Assembly: GCA_964019335.1 (NCBI GenBank)
Contig: OZ025676.1
Span: 496,001 to 560,000, forward strand
Direction of reading: 5' to 3'
Length of the DNA: 64,000 nt
Source: Diplonema japonicum
Lineage: Eukaryota; Protista; Euglenozoa: Diplonemea
The position numbers and the translations under genes were made by a program. Positions 1 to 11,663 of the stretch are shown here, piece after piece. Position 1 is the stretch's first letter. Each line of letters starts with the position of its first letter. The notes under the pieces were generated by a model. The model was given only the letters and a program-made list of their open reading frames with translations, had not been told where the DNA came from and made no database searches.

Positions 1-141
1 AAAGGGGCTCTCGACCGCGAGTTCTGTTTGCGTCACCTCTGCGAAATCATGGAGCAAACCACGTCTGTTGACCTCACTCATGAGAGAGTCACCATTTATC
101 ACGCTCGACCAGGAGTCCGTGGCAAGGGCCGTGGAATGCAT
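1..141 (-). CDS. 5' end of an unknown protein, truncated by the window edge (MHSTALATDSWSSVINGDSLMSEV...)
   Basis: ATG at 141 follows an A-tract, as in other genes here. Open for 47 codons to position 1, with coding-like composition. Confidence 0.55.
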   Translation of the reverse strand, partial: MHSTALATDSWSSVINGDSLMSEVNRRGLLHDFAEVTQTELAVESPF

Positions 142-540
142 TTTTTTTTCTTTTTTCCCGCACCCCCCTACGGTATTTTTTTTTTTTGAAAAGAAAACAC
201 GCTTTATAAAAAAAAAAAAACAAAACAAAAAAAAAAGAACTAGGCCATCTGGAAGGAGACATGAAGAAAGGGGAAGGGGAAGAGGGTTCAGAAAAAGAGG
301 AAAAAAAAAAAAAAAAAAAAGAAGACGCAGAAGAAAGTAGCCGATGATTTCATAATCAAGCCCCATACTGCGAAAACATTTTTTCCCTCCCCCCTCTTTC
401 TTTTCGTTTTTGTTTTCCCGATGTCGACCTCTCTCCCCAAAAAAAAATCCCACTTTCTTTTTGTCACCTCGTAAGATACTCTACTCAAAATTATAGCAAC
501 TCAACTTTTTTTTTTTTTGTGTAAGGGGGGAATTTTTCTT

Positions 541-615
541 TCAAACAGAAAAGGTCTCTTTTGGGAGCTTGCAGTACCCGGCACACATTACGCTTTGACG
601 TGACGACGAACGGCT

Positions 616-659
<44 letters not shown>

Positions 660-1339
660 TTGCCCGGTCATACTGGAGAGTACTATTGACGTTGACGAAG
701 AGATCTTTGGCTTTTTTCTCCCCGTTTCGGTCATTCTCATCAAAGCAAACTGTGGGCTTCTCGTCGCACTCAACCTTGGACGCATCAGTCGTCATTTCGA
801 ACGTCCCGGCATACTTCGTGTTGAACACGTGATGTATCTCAGAGAAAAGCATCCGATCCATGTTGTTGTCCCTAGCAATGACATCAGACGCCCTGAGCGA
901 GTACTCTATCTTAGAGGCATCCTCATAAGGGGTACAAGGAATGTATGAGCCTTCTGTTAGGTTAACCTTCGTTAATCTGAGGGGATTTTTTTTTTTTTTT
1001 TTTTTTTCCCCTGCCATACAGTCCCAGCATCGACTTCTTCTCATTCTCTTCATCAATCATCAGAACATCAATATCCTTCACAGCCCGTACTGCCGCGTCA
1101 TAATGTGTTTGTGTTGCAACCTCTGTGGGCGGGAGATTCGTCAATGCCTTGACCATAGGATTGTTTGTCGCCTCACAGTGCTTCCTTGCAACATCTGGCA
1201 GCCTTGCGTAGTCCTCAAGAGAGAACGCCGCACCCTTCATCTTATCCTTCATTCTCATCTCACACTTGAAGTCCGACTCAGGCGTGTTCGTCTTTCCAAC
1301 TGATTTGTAGAACGACCTCACAAACCGTGCTACGGGCTG

Positions 1340-1370
<31 letters not shown>

Positions 1371-3529
1371 CGGTGTTTTCATACTCTAGTAGCTACCAAC
1401 ACCGTCACCACGGTGGCCCTTGGGGACACGTCTTTGTAATCTTTGGTTCCCAACCCCGCCCTGATCCCGCCTACTTCTGACAGCGACTTTATAGGTATGT
1501 ACCTGATGTTGTTCAGCTGCGCCGCATCGCGATGCACAAAGGAGCCGTGCTTGGTCCCAAAGGTGCACTCCACTGACGACATCCCAGTGGACGGGATTGT
1601 CAGTACTCTGTTGTGTGTTGTGTTGTGTTGTGTTGTGGTGCATACGCGAGGACGAATTTTTTCGTTACATCTTCCACCGGCACCATCGGCGGCTTGGGTA
1701 CAGGTGGTGGGATGGTCGGAACAGGAGGAGGTGTTGTCGGGCTTTCGTTGTTCTTTTCCATCGCCTCTTTGTCGAAATTGTATGCCAGCATTTCTGCCTT
1801 GCCCAACTCTTCCTTCTTCGCTATGTCGATTGAGTTGTGTCGATTCCCGCCTATCTTGTAAACACTGGGCGGCTCGGGTGTCGGATCCAACCGATCAGGA
1901 GACACAGGGTGACGCGTCCGAGCCTCACTTTGGAGTCTGCCCCAATGCGCGAGCTTAACACCCGCCCGTTCCCCATCCTCTGCAGTCGCGATAGCGATGA
2001 GGTCAATCCTGTCGAGGCCGTATGCCAGTAGCTTGCTGCGGTACCCCTGCAGCTCGAGGTGGTTCAGCATGTTGTCAAACTGTGTGGTGTGTATGAGGGG
2101 TTTTTTTTTTTTTTTATGAGACACACCTGCTGCCCGTACATTGCATTTGTAGCGGCTCCTGGTTCCGGTTCAGCCATCGGTGCGGCAGCCCTGAACAGCG
2201 CACCGCGCACCTCGTCAGACGCCCAGCTGTGAAGATTACGGTGACAACAACAACAGCAACAACAACATACCGCAGCCCTGGGGGCAGAACCCACTTCATG
2301 GTGGGAAACAGGAACACCGTGCTCAAGAGGACAAGAGCGACGGCTAGAACAATGTCGGGTTTCCTCTTGCGCTTGTCGAGATGGGACTCGGGGGGTGCGG
2401 CAAGGCGGTGGATGATGAGGAGAAAGACAAAAGAGACCATGAGCAACATAGGCACAGGGGACTTCTTTTTCGCCTTCGGTGTTGTAGGAGCTGTAATCTG
2501 TGTCAGGGGCTCGGGGGTGGCCAGAAGGGCCTCCTTGTGCTCCCTGTTTTTGGTTGAAGAGTAGTTGACGTCTGGGACTTCGACACCTGGCGGCAGCAGC
2601 AGCTTATCGATCACATGGTACACGCCGTTGGTTGCTTGGACGGAGGCCTTGCTCCCGACCTCCAGCTTCGCTTCACCGTTGTTGATGTCGACGGTGCCAG
2701 ACCCGTCGCGTTGGTACGCAATGTAGTTTGCACGGCCTGCATGCACGTCGATGGTCTGCGCAATACCCGGGTTCTGCAAGTCCTCACGGGTAAGGTACGT
2801 GGTGTGCACGATGTGGTACCTGAGGATGCGGATGATCTTCTCTCTGTCCTCCTCCAGCAGCGTGCTCAGCGAAGTCCCCTTTGTAGTAAGCCCCGCACGG
2901 GCGAAAGCTTTGTTGGTGGGAACGAAAATGGTGAGAGGTCCGCGTTCGGTCAACCCGATCTCCTCCTTGACATCCCACATGGTGACGTAGAAAGCACGGA
3001 GCTTGCTGTCCTTCCGGAGAAGGGTTACGAGGTCTTCCTCTGGGAACCACCCCGAGTACGACAGCACACCATTCACAATGTGAATCATCCCATTGGTGGC
3101 ATCGGGGGCTGCGTCAGCCTGGATGACTTGCGACTTGCCATTCACCTTGACAACGTCGGAAGCGCTCTCAAGGAGCATCTTCGTGCCCCACAAGGTGGTC
3201 GCCATACCTGCGTATGACCCAGGGACGTCTTCTACGCGTAGAGGCTTCGATGCCACAACGACGTGATAGCTGATTAGTCGCCGCCTGAAGTCCTCGTCCT
3301 TCTTGAGGATCCCCAACACCCCGGGCACCATGAACTCGTTTATCGCCTCGTTCGTTGGCGCAAAAACTGTAAAAACACCTTCACCGTCCAGCACCTCCTT
3401 CACACCCGTCCCGTTCATCAGCGCCCAGAATCGTCCCAGTTGAGGGGACGAGGAGATCAGCTCTGCCAACGTCTCGCCTCCAACACACGCGCAGAGCATT
3501 GCAAGTAATAAATACCGCATGACCACCAT
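541..3529 (-). CDS. Signal peptide + 2 fasciclin (FAS1) domains + 2 TM + SAM-like + degenerate sulfotransferase-like domain (7 exons)
   Basis: FAS1 motifs FTVFAPTNEA/ATNGMIHIVNGVL and LTIFVPTNKAF/ATNGVYHVIDKLL. Six GT-AG introns (2227-2270, 2080-2126, 1608-1645, 1337-1384, 977-1019, 614-673) join five track ORFs in one frame. Spliced motifs VLTIPSTGMSSV, TRPVARFVRSFY and NNMDRMLF resemble the 5'-PSB, 3'-PB and C-terminal motifs of Golgi-type sulfotransferases. Confidence 0.8.
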
Positions 3530-3728
3530 TTTTTTTTTAATGGACCAGGTCACCACCCCCTTCCTTTTTTTTTAAATGGTATTCTCATTGCTAATGTTAA
3601 AGGGGGGGGGGAAGAAAATAAACCGGTTAACAAAAAAAAGGGTTGCTTTTCCCCGTTTGGATTCCTTATTATACATAAGGAAGAGAAGGGAGAAAACCCG
3701 GACGAATATAATCCCCCCCCCCCCCCGC

Positions 3729-4606
3729 CTATTCCAGCGTATCGGGTAGCTTGTATTTAAATATTTTATTCAGGGACGCCTCCGTGATGAACAGCTCCAT
3801 GTTGGTTTTCTCAAGAGCGAGACCCGAGATCTCGGCGCCGGGAACGGAGAAAGAAGCCAAATCCGTTCCGTTTGGTCGGATGATGGACACAAGCGACTCA
3901 GGGGATTGCTCTGTAAAAAAAAAAAAAAAATTACCCCCTTCTTCTCCCACACACCTTTAAAATCACATCTCCCAACGAATATGTTGCCCGAACTATCACA
4001 GTCAATACAGGTGGGGCCAAGAAGACCGGAGAATTGGTAAAAGACAGATCCATGCCAGACGCCCCTTGGCCGCTGGATATACCGCAATATTCTGTTGGCG
4101 GAAGTTTCGCAGACGTACAGAGCAGAGCCCTGAGGGTTGAGGCAGAGGGCAGTAGGGTATGCTAAAGATTCTGCAGCAAGACAGGAAGTGGTTTGGGTGC
4201 TTGGGTCGTACACATAGAGAGAGCCCCGCGGGACTGCAAGAGAAGTTGTTCCAAAAGGCCCACCATCTGTAAAGTAAAGCTGGCCTTCCTTCGAAGTGCA
4301 TACGCCGGTAGGCCCTTTCAGCGCTGACCCCTTGTATGAAGAAGCCAGTTCTGTCATGCCCTCTGAGGCATCGACACCGAGGCTAAACACGCACCCCCCT
4401 GTGTCAGCCCCGACTATCTTCCCGTCAGCCCAACCCAAGGATATCGGGCCGTCCCTGCCTCCTGAGATGACTTCAAGATCGCCTTCCGCCGTCACCCTGT
4501 GGACTTCACCACTCCCAGTACTGCAGACGTAGATGGTGCCATTTTCCCCGATACACGGTCCGCTGAGTCCGTTGCCCCCTTGAGCAATCTCCACCAACCC
4601 TGACAT
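3729..4606 (-). CDS. SMP-30/gluconolactonase/LRE family beta-propeller (2 exons)
   Basis: Motifs GQLYFTDGG, LAYPTALCL..ALYVCET, PTCIDCDSSGNIFV. Intron 3911-3954 (GTGTGT..T16-ACAG) joins ORFs 3770-4948 and 3729-3950. Start MSGLVE at 4606. Confidence 0.85.
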
Positions 4607-5137
4607 AACGGGGTGTTTTTCTTCTTTTTTTTTTTCCCCCTCACCACCCGTGTGTCTGTTTGATATATAAAAAAAAGATATTGAAAAAAAAAAAAAAAAA
4701 AAAAGATGGTAAAGGTGTATGGTATAGGAAAGATGGGTCCGGGGGAAAACAAAAAAAAAAGAGAAAAAAAAAAAGTGGAGTGTGAGAGGGAGGGAAAGGT
4801 GTGGGTGTATATATGTAAGGGGGGAGGTGGGTGTAAGAGGGAAATATATACCTTTATGTAGCTTAACTGCGAATGTTTTTTTTTTCTTTTTCAAAGACAG
4901 GGAAAAAATCCATGAAATATTCCATTCTCCTCCCCCGCCCCCTCCCATTCCTTTTTTTTTCCTCCTACCACGGTTTTGTTCTCCAGCCCACCCCCATCCC
5001 CCACCCTTTAACCCTTTATTTATTTTTTTTTTAAATCATCATACGCTTATCTTCTTTTCTTTTTTTTTTTAGAACATATTAAAGGAATAATTATTGCCCC
5101 CCCCCCCACCCCCATCCTTCCTTTTTTATTTTTATTT

Positions 5138-8100
5138 TTAAAACTGAATTTCTAACCAGGAGTCCTCCAAGATACTTGCGGGTTTGGGTCGTTCCGAGGG
5201 GTTGAAGTGCAGTAAAGGCAGCAAAAACGCAGAGAGCGAAGTCGATGCTGGTAGCTTAAAACCGTATTTCCTCATTATGTGGTCGGGAAGAGTGGTCTGT
5301 GGCAACGCGTTGTGCTTGAAATCACCCGAAGTAGTAAAATAGTCAGATGTGTGCGATGCAGGAGAAGTAGAAAACGACCTGGGAACGGGTCCAAGGACTT
5401 GCTGAAATAGCATCCAGTGATCTGTTTTTTTTTTTTTTTTTCTTTTTCTTTTTTTTTTTCTCCCATACAAATATCAATGTTCATGTCCTTCTGCTGTTTC
5501 GGGTCAAACAAAAAGTCCCCTGTTAAAAGTTCGAAGACAATGCACCCAAAGCTCCAGATATCAACGCCCGTCCCGAGTTTTGCGCAGCCCAACAACACCT
5601 CAGGAGCACGGTATTCCCTCGTCTGTACAACCGTCACTGGGTAGTTCTTATCCACCCACCTTGCAGCCCCCAGGTCGGTTATCTTCACCTTGTAGATTCT
5701 CTTCAACGCACCCTCCAACGTCTCGCCCTCTAGTTTCGTCACCATGCCTGTCAAAACAGCTTTGCTTTGCCGGGTCTTCTCCTCTACACTGCCTTGTCCC
5801 GTTGACGCGTGGATGGCCTGTAGGACTGCTTCGTCGTGAACTTCTAAAAGAATGTTCTCTGGCTTGAGATCTGTGTGTATCACACCCGCCGACTCCAGGA
5901 AATCGAGCCTTTTTTTTTTTTTTTTTTTTTTTTTCTTTTTTTTTTTTCCTCCCTCCTTTAGACCATACCCTTCCAACACGTTTCTTGCCACCACCTTAAC
6001 TATGTTTGCGTTGATGCCCTCAAAGTTGTGCGACATGATAAGCTTCAGCAAATTAGCGCCCATGAGCTCCATCACCATGCTGACGTGCGACCCGTTCGGG
6101 CCGTCGATCTCGAAGTCGTCGTAACACGTGATGAGCCTGTCGCCGTGCGGGTTGCTCCGTGTGCTGTGGTGGAGGTGTTTTAAGGGAAAGGTCGCATACT
6201 CAGCAGCCGCCTTGCTCAGCTTCTTCAGGATCTTCACTTCGTACAATGCGGAGTTCCTGAAGCCTGATGTTGATTTGCATATTTTAAGTGCCTTCAAAGG
6301 AGGCCCGTCTGCAGCCTTCCACGCCCTGTCCTTCACAAGCCACACTGTTGAGAACTGGCCCCAGCCTAGCTTGCACAGGATTTCGTATTTCTTGGCGTAA
6401 CAGTCCCCAACGGCAACCCTGTGGTACCCCCCCGGGCAGTAGTCTTCTTCCGCTTCGTCATCTGCAGCGTTCCAGAACTCGGATCCTCCACCGTTGTGGT
6501 CAGAGGTGCCCCCTGGTGTGTAAGGCTCCACAGGGGGGTGGTGTGCCGGTGGTGACTCTGGCACCATGGCATGCTGGTCGTGTTCTGTTGCCCAGTCAGG
6601 CGCGTGCTTGTACGGCGAGGATGCCTCGTCGGGCTCCATAGATGCTACGGAGTACTTCTCAGTAGGCACTGCTGTGGACCCGTCTGTTGTGGGTGGCTCT
6701 TGCATGAAGTGGTCGACCACAGCACGCGGAGACCCTTCTGCACTCCCGTCGATGCTGCTCTGCTGCCGCTTGTTGCCTTCCGTCAGGCCAGCCCTGTAAG
6801 CACCAGTAGTACACCACATCATCCCCACCAACGCCCCCCACCCCACCACGATCAGCAGCAGCTCGCTCCACCATGAGTCGAACTCGAAGGCCTCTGCCAG
6901 TGCTGCAGACGCAGCACCCCACAACACACAGCTGTACTGCAAGGTGATGATGGGGTTGAGACTCTTGATGGAGCATGGCCCCTGCGTCCCGAAGAATGAG
7001 TAAGTCTTTTCAGCTCGTCGCGAGCTGAGCAGAAGCACAGTGAAACAGACACCGTAGACTGGCAGTGTCGCTGAAGCGTAACCGCCTTGCGACAGGACGG
7101 CGACAGCGATGCACAGAAACTTCAGAAGCTTGTCGAGCGTGATGAAGTAGGGCGGGAAGGAGGGGGGGCTGCATTCTCCGGACTGCCGGCAAACGCTGAG
7201 AATCGACGAGAAAGGGATGACAGCGGTGAGGAGGAGGTTGAGGGTGATGAACGAGCAGTAAAGCACAGGGATGTGGCGGCCACGCCAACACTTCTCGCTG
7301 GGGTCCACATTGAGGAGACCGTCATTGGTGGAGAAGTCGCACGACCCAGTACGCACAAGCACAGTGCTCATCCCCACGAACAACAAGTTGACGAGAGAAG
7401 TATACACCGAGACGCCCCAACCCTTCTTCCCGGGGAAGCAGAGGAACAACGCCCAACCGGCCATCATGAAGGTAAAGGTCCAAAAAAGACCGAAATGCGC
7501 GTTCCCATCTAGGTATAGGGCTACGTGGCGGAAGTCGTTCCCTTCCCTCACGTTGAAGGCGAGGGCCGTGAGCTGCAGGGTATCGACAAGACAGGAGGCT
7601 CCCGTCATGAAGTAGTGGAGGCCCTTGTACTCACTGCGCGTCACCGGCTTCACTTGCTTAAAGGATTTTAACTTAAAAATAGTAAGGCATAAGATAGGGA
7701 AGGCGCTCAGTGCATACTGGCAGCAGAGCAACGCATGAGAGAGCAAGGAGTTAGAATGCGCACCACTGAAAACCCCAGCGAGGGGAAACAGCAGTGTGGC
7801 CGTGTACAGCATGACAAGGTATGGGAGTGCTCTCTCGTCATCCTTTTTGAAGGTGAAGCTCGATGTCTCCTCATCATGGACTGTTTCCAAAGTGTAATAA
7901 GAATTTTGAACGCACGGCGAAGTGCCAAGCACACCCCATCCTGGGCTTGGTATAACTTGCTTTAACCACCACCACTCGTAACCTGCAGGGGCCGTGCCCC
8001 CTTCTTCATCAAGAGCACTGTCGCCATGTGCGGCCACTCTCACCTTGCGGAGGGTTGACCTCCTCTCTGCTGTGCCTTGCAAACTGATTTTTCCTACTTT

Positions 8101-8183
8101 TTACGTGAAGACACCTTGCCTCCGTCCTCCCCCCCTCTCCGCCTTGTCTGTGTGTCAGTGTTGTAGGAAGATAACAAATTCAT
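5138..8183 (-). CDS. SRPK: SR-protein kinase (SRPK family) with an N-terminal multipass membrane domain
   Basis: SRPK signatures EDYCPGGYHRV, KLGWGQFSTVWL, IHTDLKPENIL, DLG, QTREYRAPE, GDFLFDP. Introns 5909-5968 and 5422-5468 restore VLEGLDFL and DIYHWMLF. Start at 8183 via a 31-nt intron 8084-8114 is less certain. Confidence 0.88.
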
Positions 8184-9487
8184 TAGAAAAAAAAAATAAA
8201 AGAAAAGAGAGGAATGAAGAAAGAAAAAAAAGGGGGGGAAGTGGGGGGAAAAAAAAAAGAAATCTAAGGGAGAAGTGTAGCGGAGGGGGTAAAAGTGGAC
8301 TTTAAAATGTGGAGGGGATAATAAAAAAAAAAAAAGAGCAATGAAGAAGGGAAGGGTGGGATGCTGATACTGCGCTCGATAAATGGATTTTTTTCCCCCT
8401 TTTCCTGGAGTGATTCCTATAGGCTTTGTTTTTTTTTTTTTTTATTTAGAGAAAAAAAAATCCCAGTATCTTAGAGAATTTAATATGAGAACGATAAGGC
8501 GGGGGCGGGGTGGGGGTGGGGGTGAAGACGTGACAACAAGTAAACAAGCTAAAAAAAAAAAAAAAAAAAAAAAAAAAACTTGAGAAAACAATTTATTTTT
8601 TTTGAAAAAAAAAGGGGGAAAAGAAAAAGGAATTAGAGATTAGGCGGGGAAAAAACCCCCCCCCCCCTCTCTCTTTCCTTTTTACCCCATCTTCCCATTT
8701 TCTTTTTAAAAAAAACATATTTCCACTTTGACAGGAATAAAAAAAAACATAACAACGAGGATGGAAAGATTTTTTTCTTTTACAAACGGACAAAAAACTT
8801 TTTTTTGGGGGGTTCAAGATTTAGGGAGGGGATGATTGCTTCCTTAAGGTATAACTTAAGGGTTAATAGAGGGGTTGAGCTCTTTCGTTCTTTTAGCTGC
8901 TCATTTTTTCTTTATATTTTTTTTTTTCGTTATGACAAAAGAAGGGTAGGGGGGAGGGGGTTCTTCTAACTAAAGAGCCAATAAGCTCTATTTTGTCTCC
9001 AACTTTGCCACTAACTGTGTTTAGCTTTTTTAATTATTTTTAAAGCCTACAATGAAATTTTGTTAACTTTTTTTTTTTTCACAGTTACAAAACGGTCTAA
9101 AGTTAGGTAGTTTTGGGTTGGGAAATCGTTTGTGCTTTAAAAAAAAAAAAAAAAAAAAAAGACCCCCCAAATAAAAAGCCTTAAAAAGCAATGAAGTTCT
9201 GGAGATATCGCAAACAAAAAAATCAGGATGTAAAGGAAAAAAAAATCTAAAAAGAACCAAAAATAAAAGGGGGGAAAGATCTAATAGTAAAAAAAAAGAA
9301 GAAAAAAAAAAAAGAAAAATCTATTTAGAGCTTACAAGCTCTTGGGGTTTACTAATTCAAAAAAAAAAAGAAAAAGAAGAAGAAAAAAAAAGACCACTTT
9401 TGTTGACATCTATAGCTAATTCAAAAAAGAAAAAAAAAATAATAATAAAAAAAAAAAATAAATTTTTAAAAATAAAAGAGAGGAGAA

Positions 9488-9523
<36 letters not shown>

Positions 9524-9541
9524 TTTCACAAAAACAAAACC

Positions 9542-10969
9542 TCACTCCGACATGGGTAGGAGAGAAGGCAGGTCGTCCAAAGGCTTATTCTGCAAAGGAA
9601 GCTTCGCCTTGGCTGTGATCTCCTGCAAGGCCTTGATAATCTCGCTGCAAGCAGTGTTGTTGTAACCAAGCTCTGAGAGCGCAGTAATAATCTTATTATC
9701 AGGCGCAGTAATCAGACTGGGGATCGACTGGTTCGTGGCAGAAGCACTGAGGGACAGCTGAAGGTGCGACAACCAGTCATCTGTGTTCATCCTGTTAATC
9801 AGAGGAGGAGGCCCCATCGCCGTTCCAATAGGAGGAAGATCCTTCGTCTTACTAGGCATAGGGACCTTCTCATCATCCTCTTCATTCAGTGTTGACAACA
9901 AGCTCCTCATCGTTTCATCCTCCTCTTCCTGTTTCCTTGCAACAGGTGACGACACAGTAGATACAGGACTAATGGGCCCCATCTGTCCAATAGACAACAT
10001 TGGTGAAGGTGTTAAACCCATAGTGGACGGGGTAGGCTGTACCATTTGCCTCATAACAGGCTGAACAGGGCTTGGCGTGTACATAGGTTGAACAGTTTGA
10101 TGTTTGCCTCCGGTTTGCAGATGCCACATCTTTTCCTTCTTCGAGCTGGGGTAAAGAAGAACGTATCTAGCTTCCGTGATGTGAGCGCGGTCTTTACTTT
10201 GCGACAGAAGAGCCTCCTTTCTGTCGAAAAACTCAATAATAGCACTTCCGGTGGGTTTGCCATTTGAAGTGATGAACGTGATGTTCTCAGGGCGGACCTT
10301 CAACGGGCAGAAGAAGTTGATGATGACATCAATGGTAACGTCATATGGCATTCCGGTTACTTTTACATGGCGGCCGTCGTCGGTCTCGTCGTGAACGTAA
10401 CGGCATTTGTTGCCGAGGGAGCAGAAGCCTTTGAGGAAGTAGACACACATACCGCCTGGTGTGCCGGGTTTGAAATCGTAGATGGGTTTCCCATCGGCTG
10501 TTACATCACGTTCGACAACTTGAGGTGTTGAGGGATCCTTCTTGGGGGTGCTGAAGAAGGAGTTCAACTCGTCTTCGGATGTCCTGTTTGAGTTCTTTTT
10601 GATGTTGATGTTCTGGAGTTGCATCTCTAGTCTTGCGGCTTCTGTAAGGGCGAGTCTGGAGATCTTGTTCCTAGCAAGCCTTTCCTTTGCAATGAGGGTT
10701 TTCAAATCGCAAGCTGCGTCGCATTCCTCTTCGTCCCACATTGAGCTGTTGGCGTCGCCGAGCGGCTGCCTCACCCTTTTTGTTTGCTGCACTGACATTT
10801 GTTGTCTGACATTTTGTTGTTGTTGTTGTTGTTGCAAAACAGGCATTGTTTGAGGCACCATTGTCGGTATTCCCCTCATCATTGCCGTCTGTGCCTCGAT
10901 TTGAGCTTGCGTCTGCATGATCTTCTGCTCAAGGAGCATCTGCTGCTGAAGGATCAGGGCGTTCAACAT
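9542..10969 (-). CDS. RNA-binding protein: Q-rich N-terminus, CCCH zinc finger, hnRNP F/H-like qRRM
   Basis: CVYFLKGFCSLGNKCRYVH (CCCH). VKVTGMPYDVT..INFF..GKPTGSAIIEF..RYVLLY (qRRM-like). The ORF extension upstream of M at 10969 is homopolymer noise. Confidence 0.85.
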   Translation of the reverse strand: MLNALILQQQMLLEQKIMQTQAQIEAQTAMMRGIPTMVPQTMPVLQQQQQQQNVRQQMSVQQTKRVRQPLGDANSSMWDEEECDAACDLKTLIAKERLARNKISRLALTEAARLEMQLQNINIKKNSNRTSEDELNSFFSTPKKDPSTPQVVERDVTADGKPIYDFKPGTPGGMCVYFLKGFCSLGNKCRYVHDETDDGRHVKVTGMPYDVTIDVIINFFCPLKVRPENITFITSNGKPTGSAIIEFFDRKEALLSQSKDRAHITEARYVLLYPSSKKEKMWHLQTGGKHQTVQPMYTPSPVQPVMRQMVQPTPSTMGLTPSPMLSIGQMGPISPVSTVSSPVARKQEEEDETMRSLLSTLNEEDDEKVPMPSKTKDLPPIGTAMGPPPLINRMNTDDWLSHLQLSLSASATNQSIPSLITAPDNKIITALSELGYNNTACSEIIKALQEITAKAKLPLQNKPLDDLPSLLPMSE

Positions 10970-11046
10970 TTTTTGTGTGTGCTGTTCTTTTCTCTTTTTT
11001 TTTTTGACACTGGGGAAGTGAGTGAAAAAAAAAAAGGGATGAATAT

Positions 11047-11085
<39 letters not shown>

Positions 11086-11663
11086 AACTCATTGCAGCAG
11101 GAAAGAAAAAAAAAAGGGAAAAAAAAGCGGGACAGGAAATAAAGGGGAAACAAAAAAAGGAATCGTGCAAACTTGGGTGGGGTGGGGGCACATAAAAGAC
11201 AGAAGAAGAAAAACAAGGGTAAATACAAACAAAAAAAAGGAAGTGAACAGGACATAAAGGAGGTGAACTTTCTTTTTTCGAGGCGGAGATGATTGCCTCA
11301 GTCCGAGTTTTGCCTCCCCCCCCCCCCCCCCCCCCAAGCAGCATCCGTCTCAAAAAAAAGAAACATCTCTCATCGTTGGGCACGTTCTCTTTTTAGTTGC
11401 ACTTTGGTTGCATTTATTTTTATTTAAATTTTTCTTTTCCCCTTTTTCGGGGAGGGGGACAAAAAAAAAAACTGTGGTATTTTTAGCAGCACTCCTTTTT
11501 TAAAGTATGACAGAAGCTGCTAGTTTTTTTTTTGAGGGGGTAATCAAAAAAGAGTTTTTTCAGGGAAAATGTTTAAAAAAAAAAAGAAAAAAAAAAAAAA
11601 AAAACCAGTCGCAACACTGAGAACGAGTATGGTGTTACAGAATTAAAAAAAAAATTCCCCCTT

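Noticed and set aside
5909-5968. Poly-lysine tracts inside SRPK (also 614-673)
   Set aside because: These are in-frame 60-nt GT-AG introns. Removing the SRPK one restores the conserved kinase motif.
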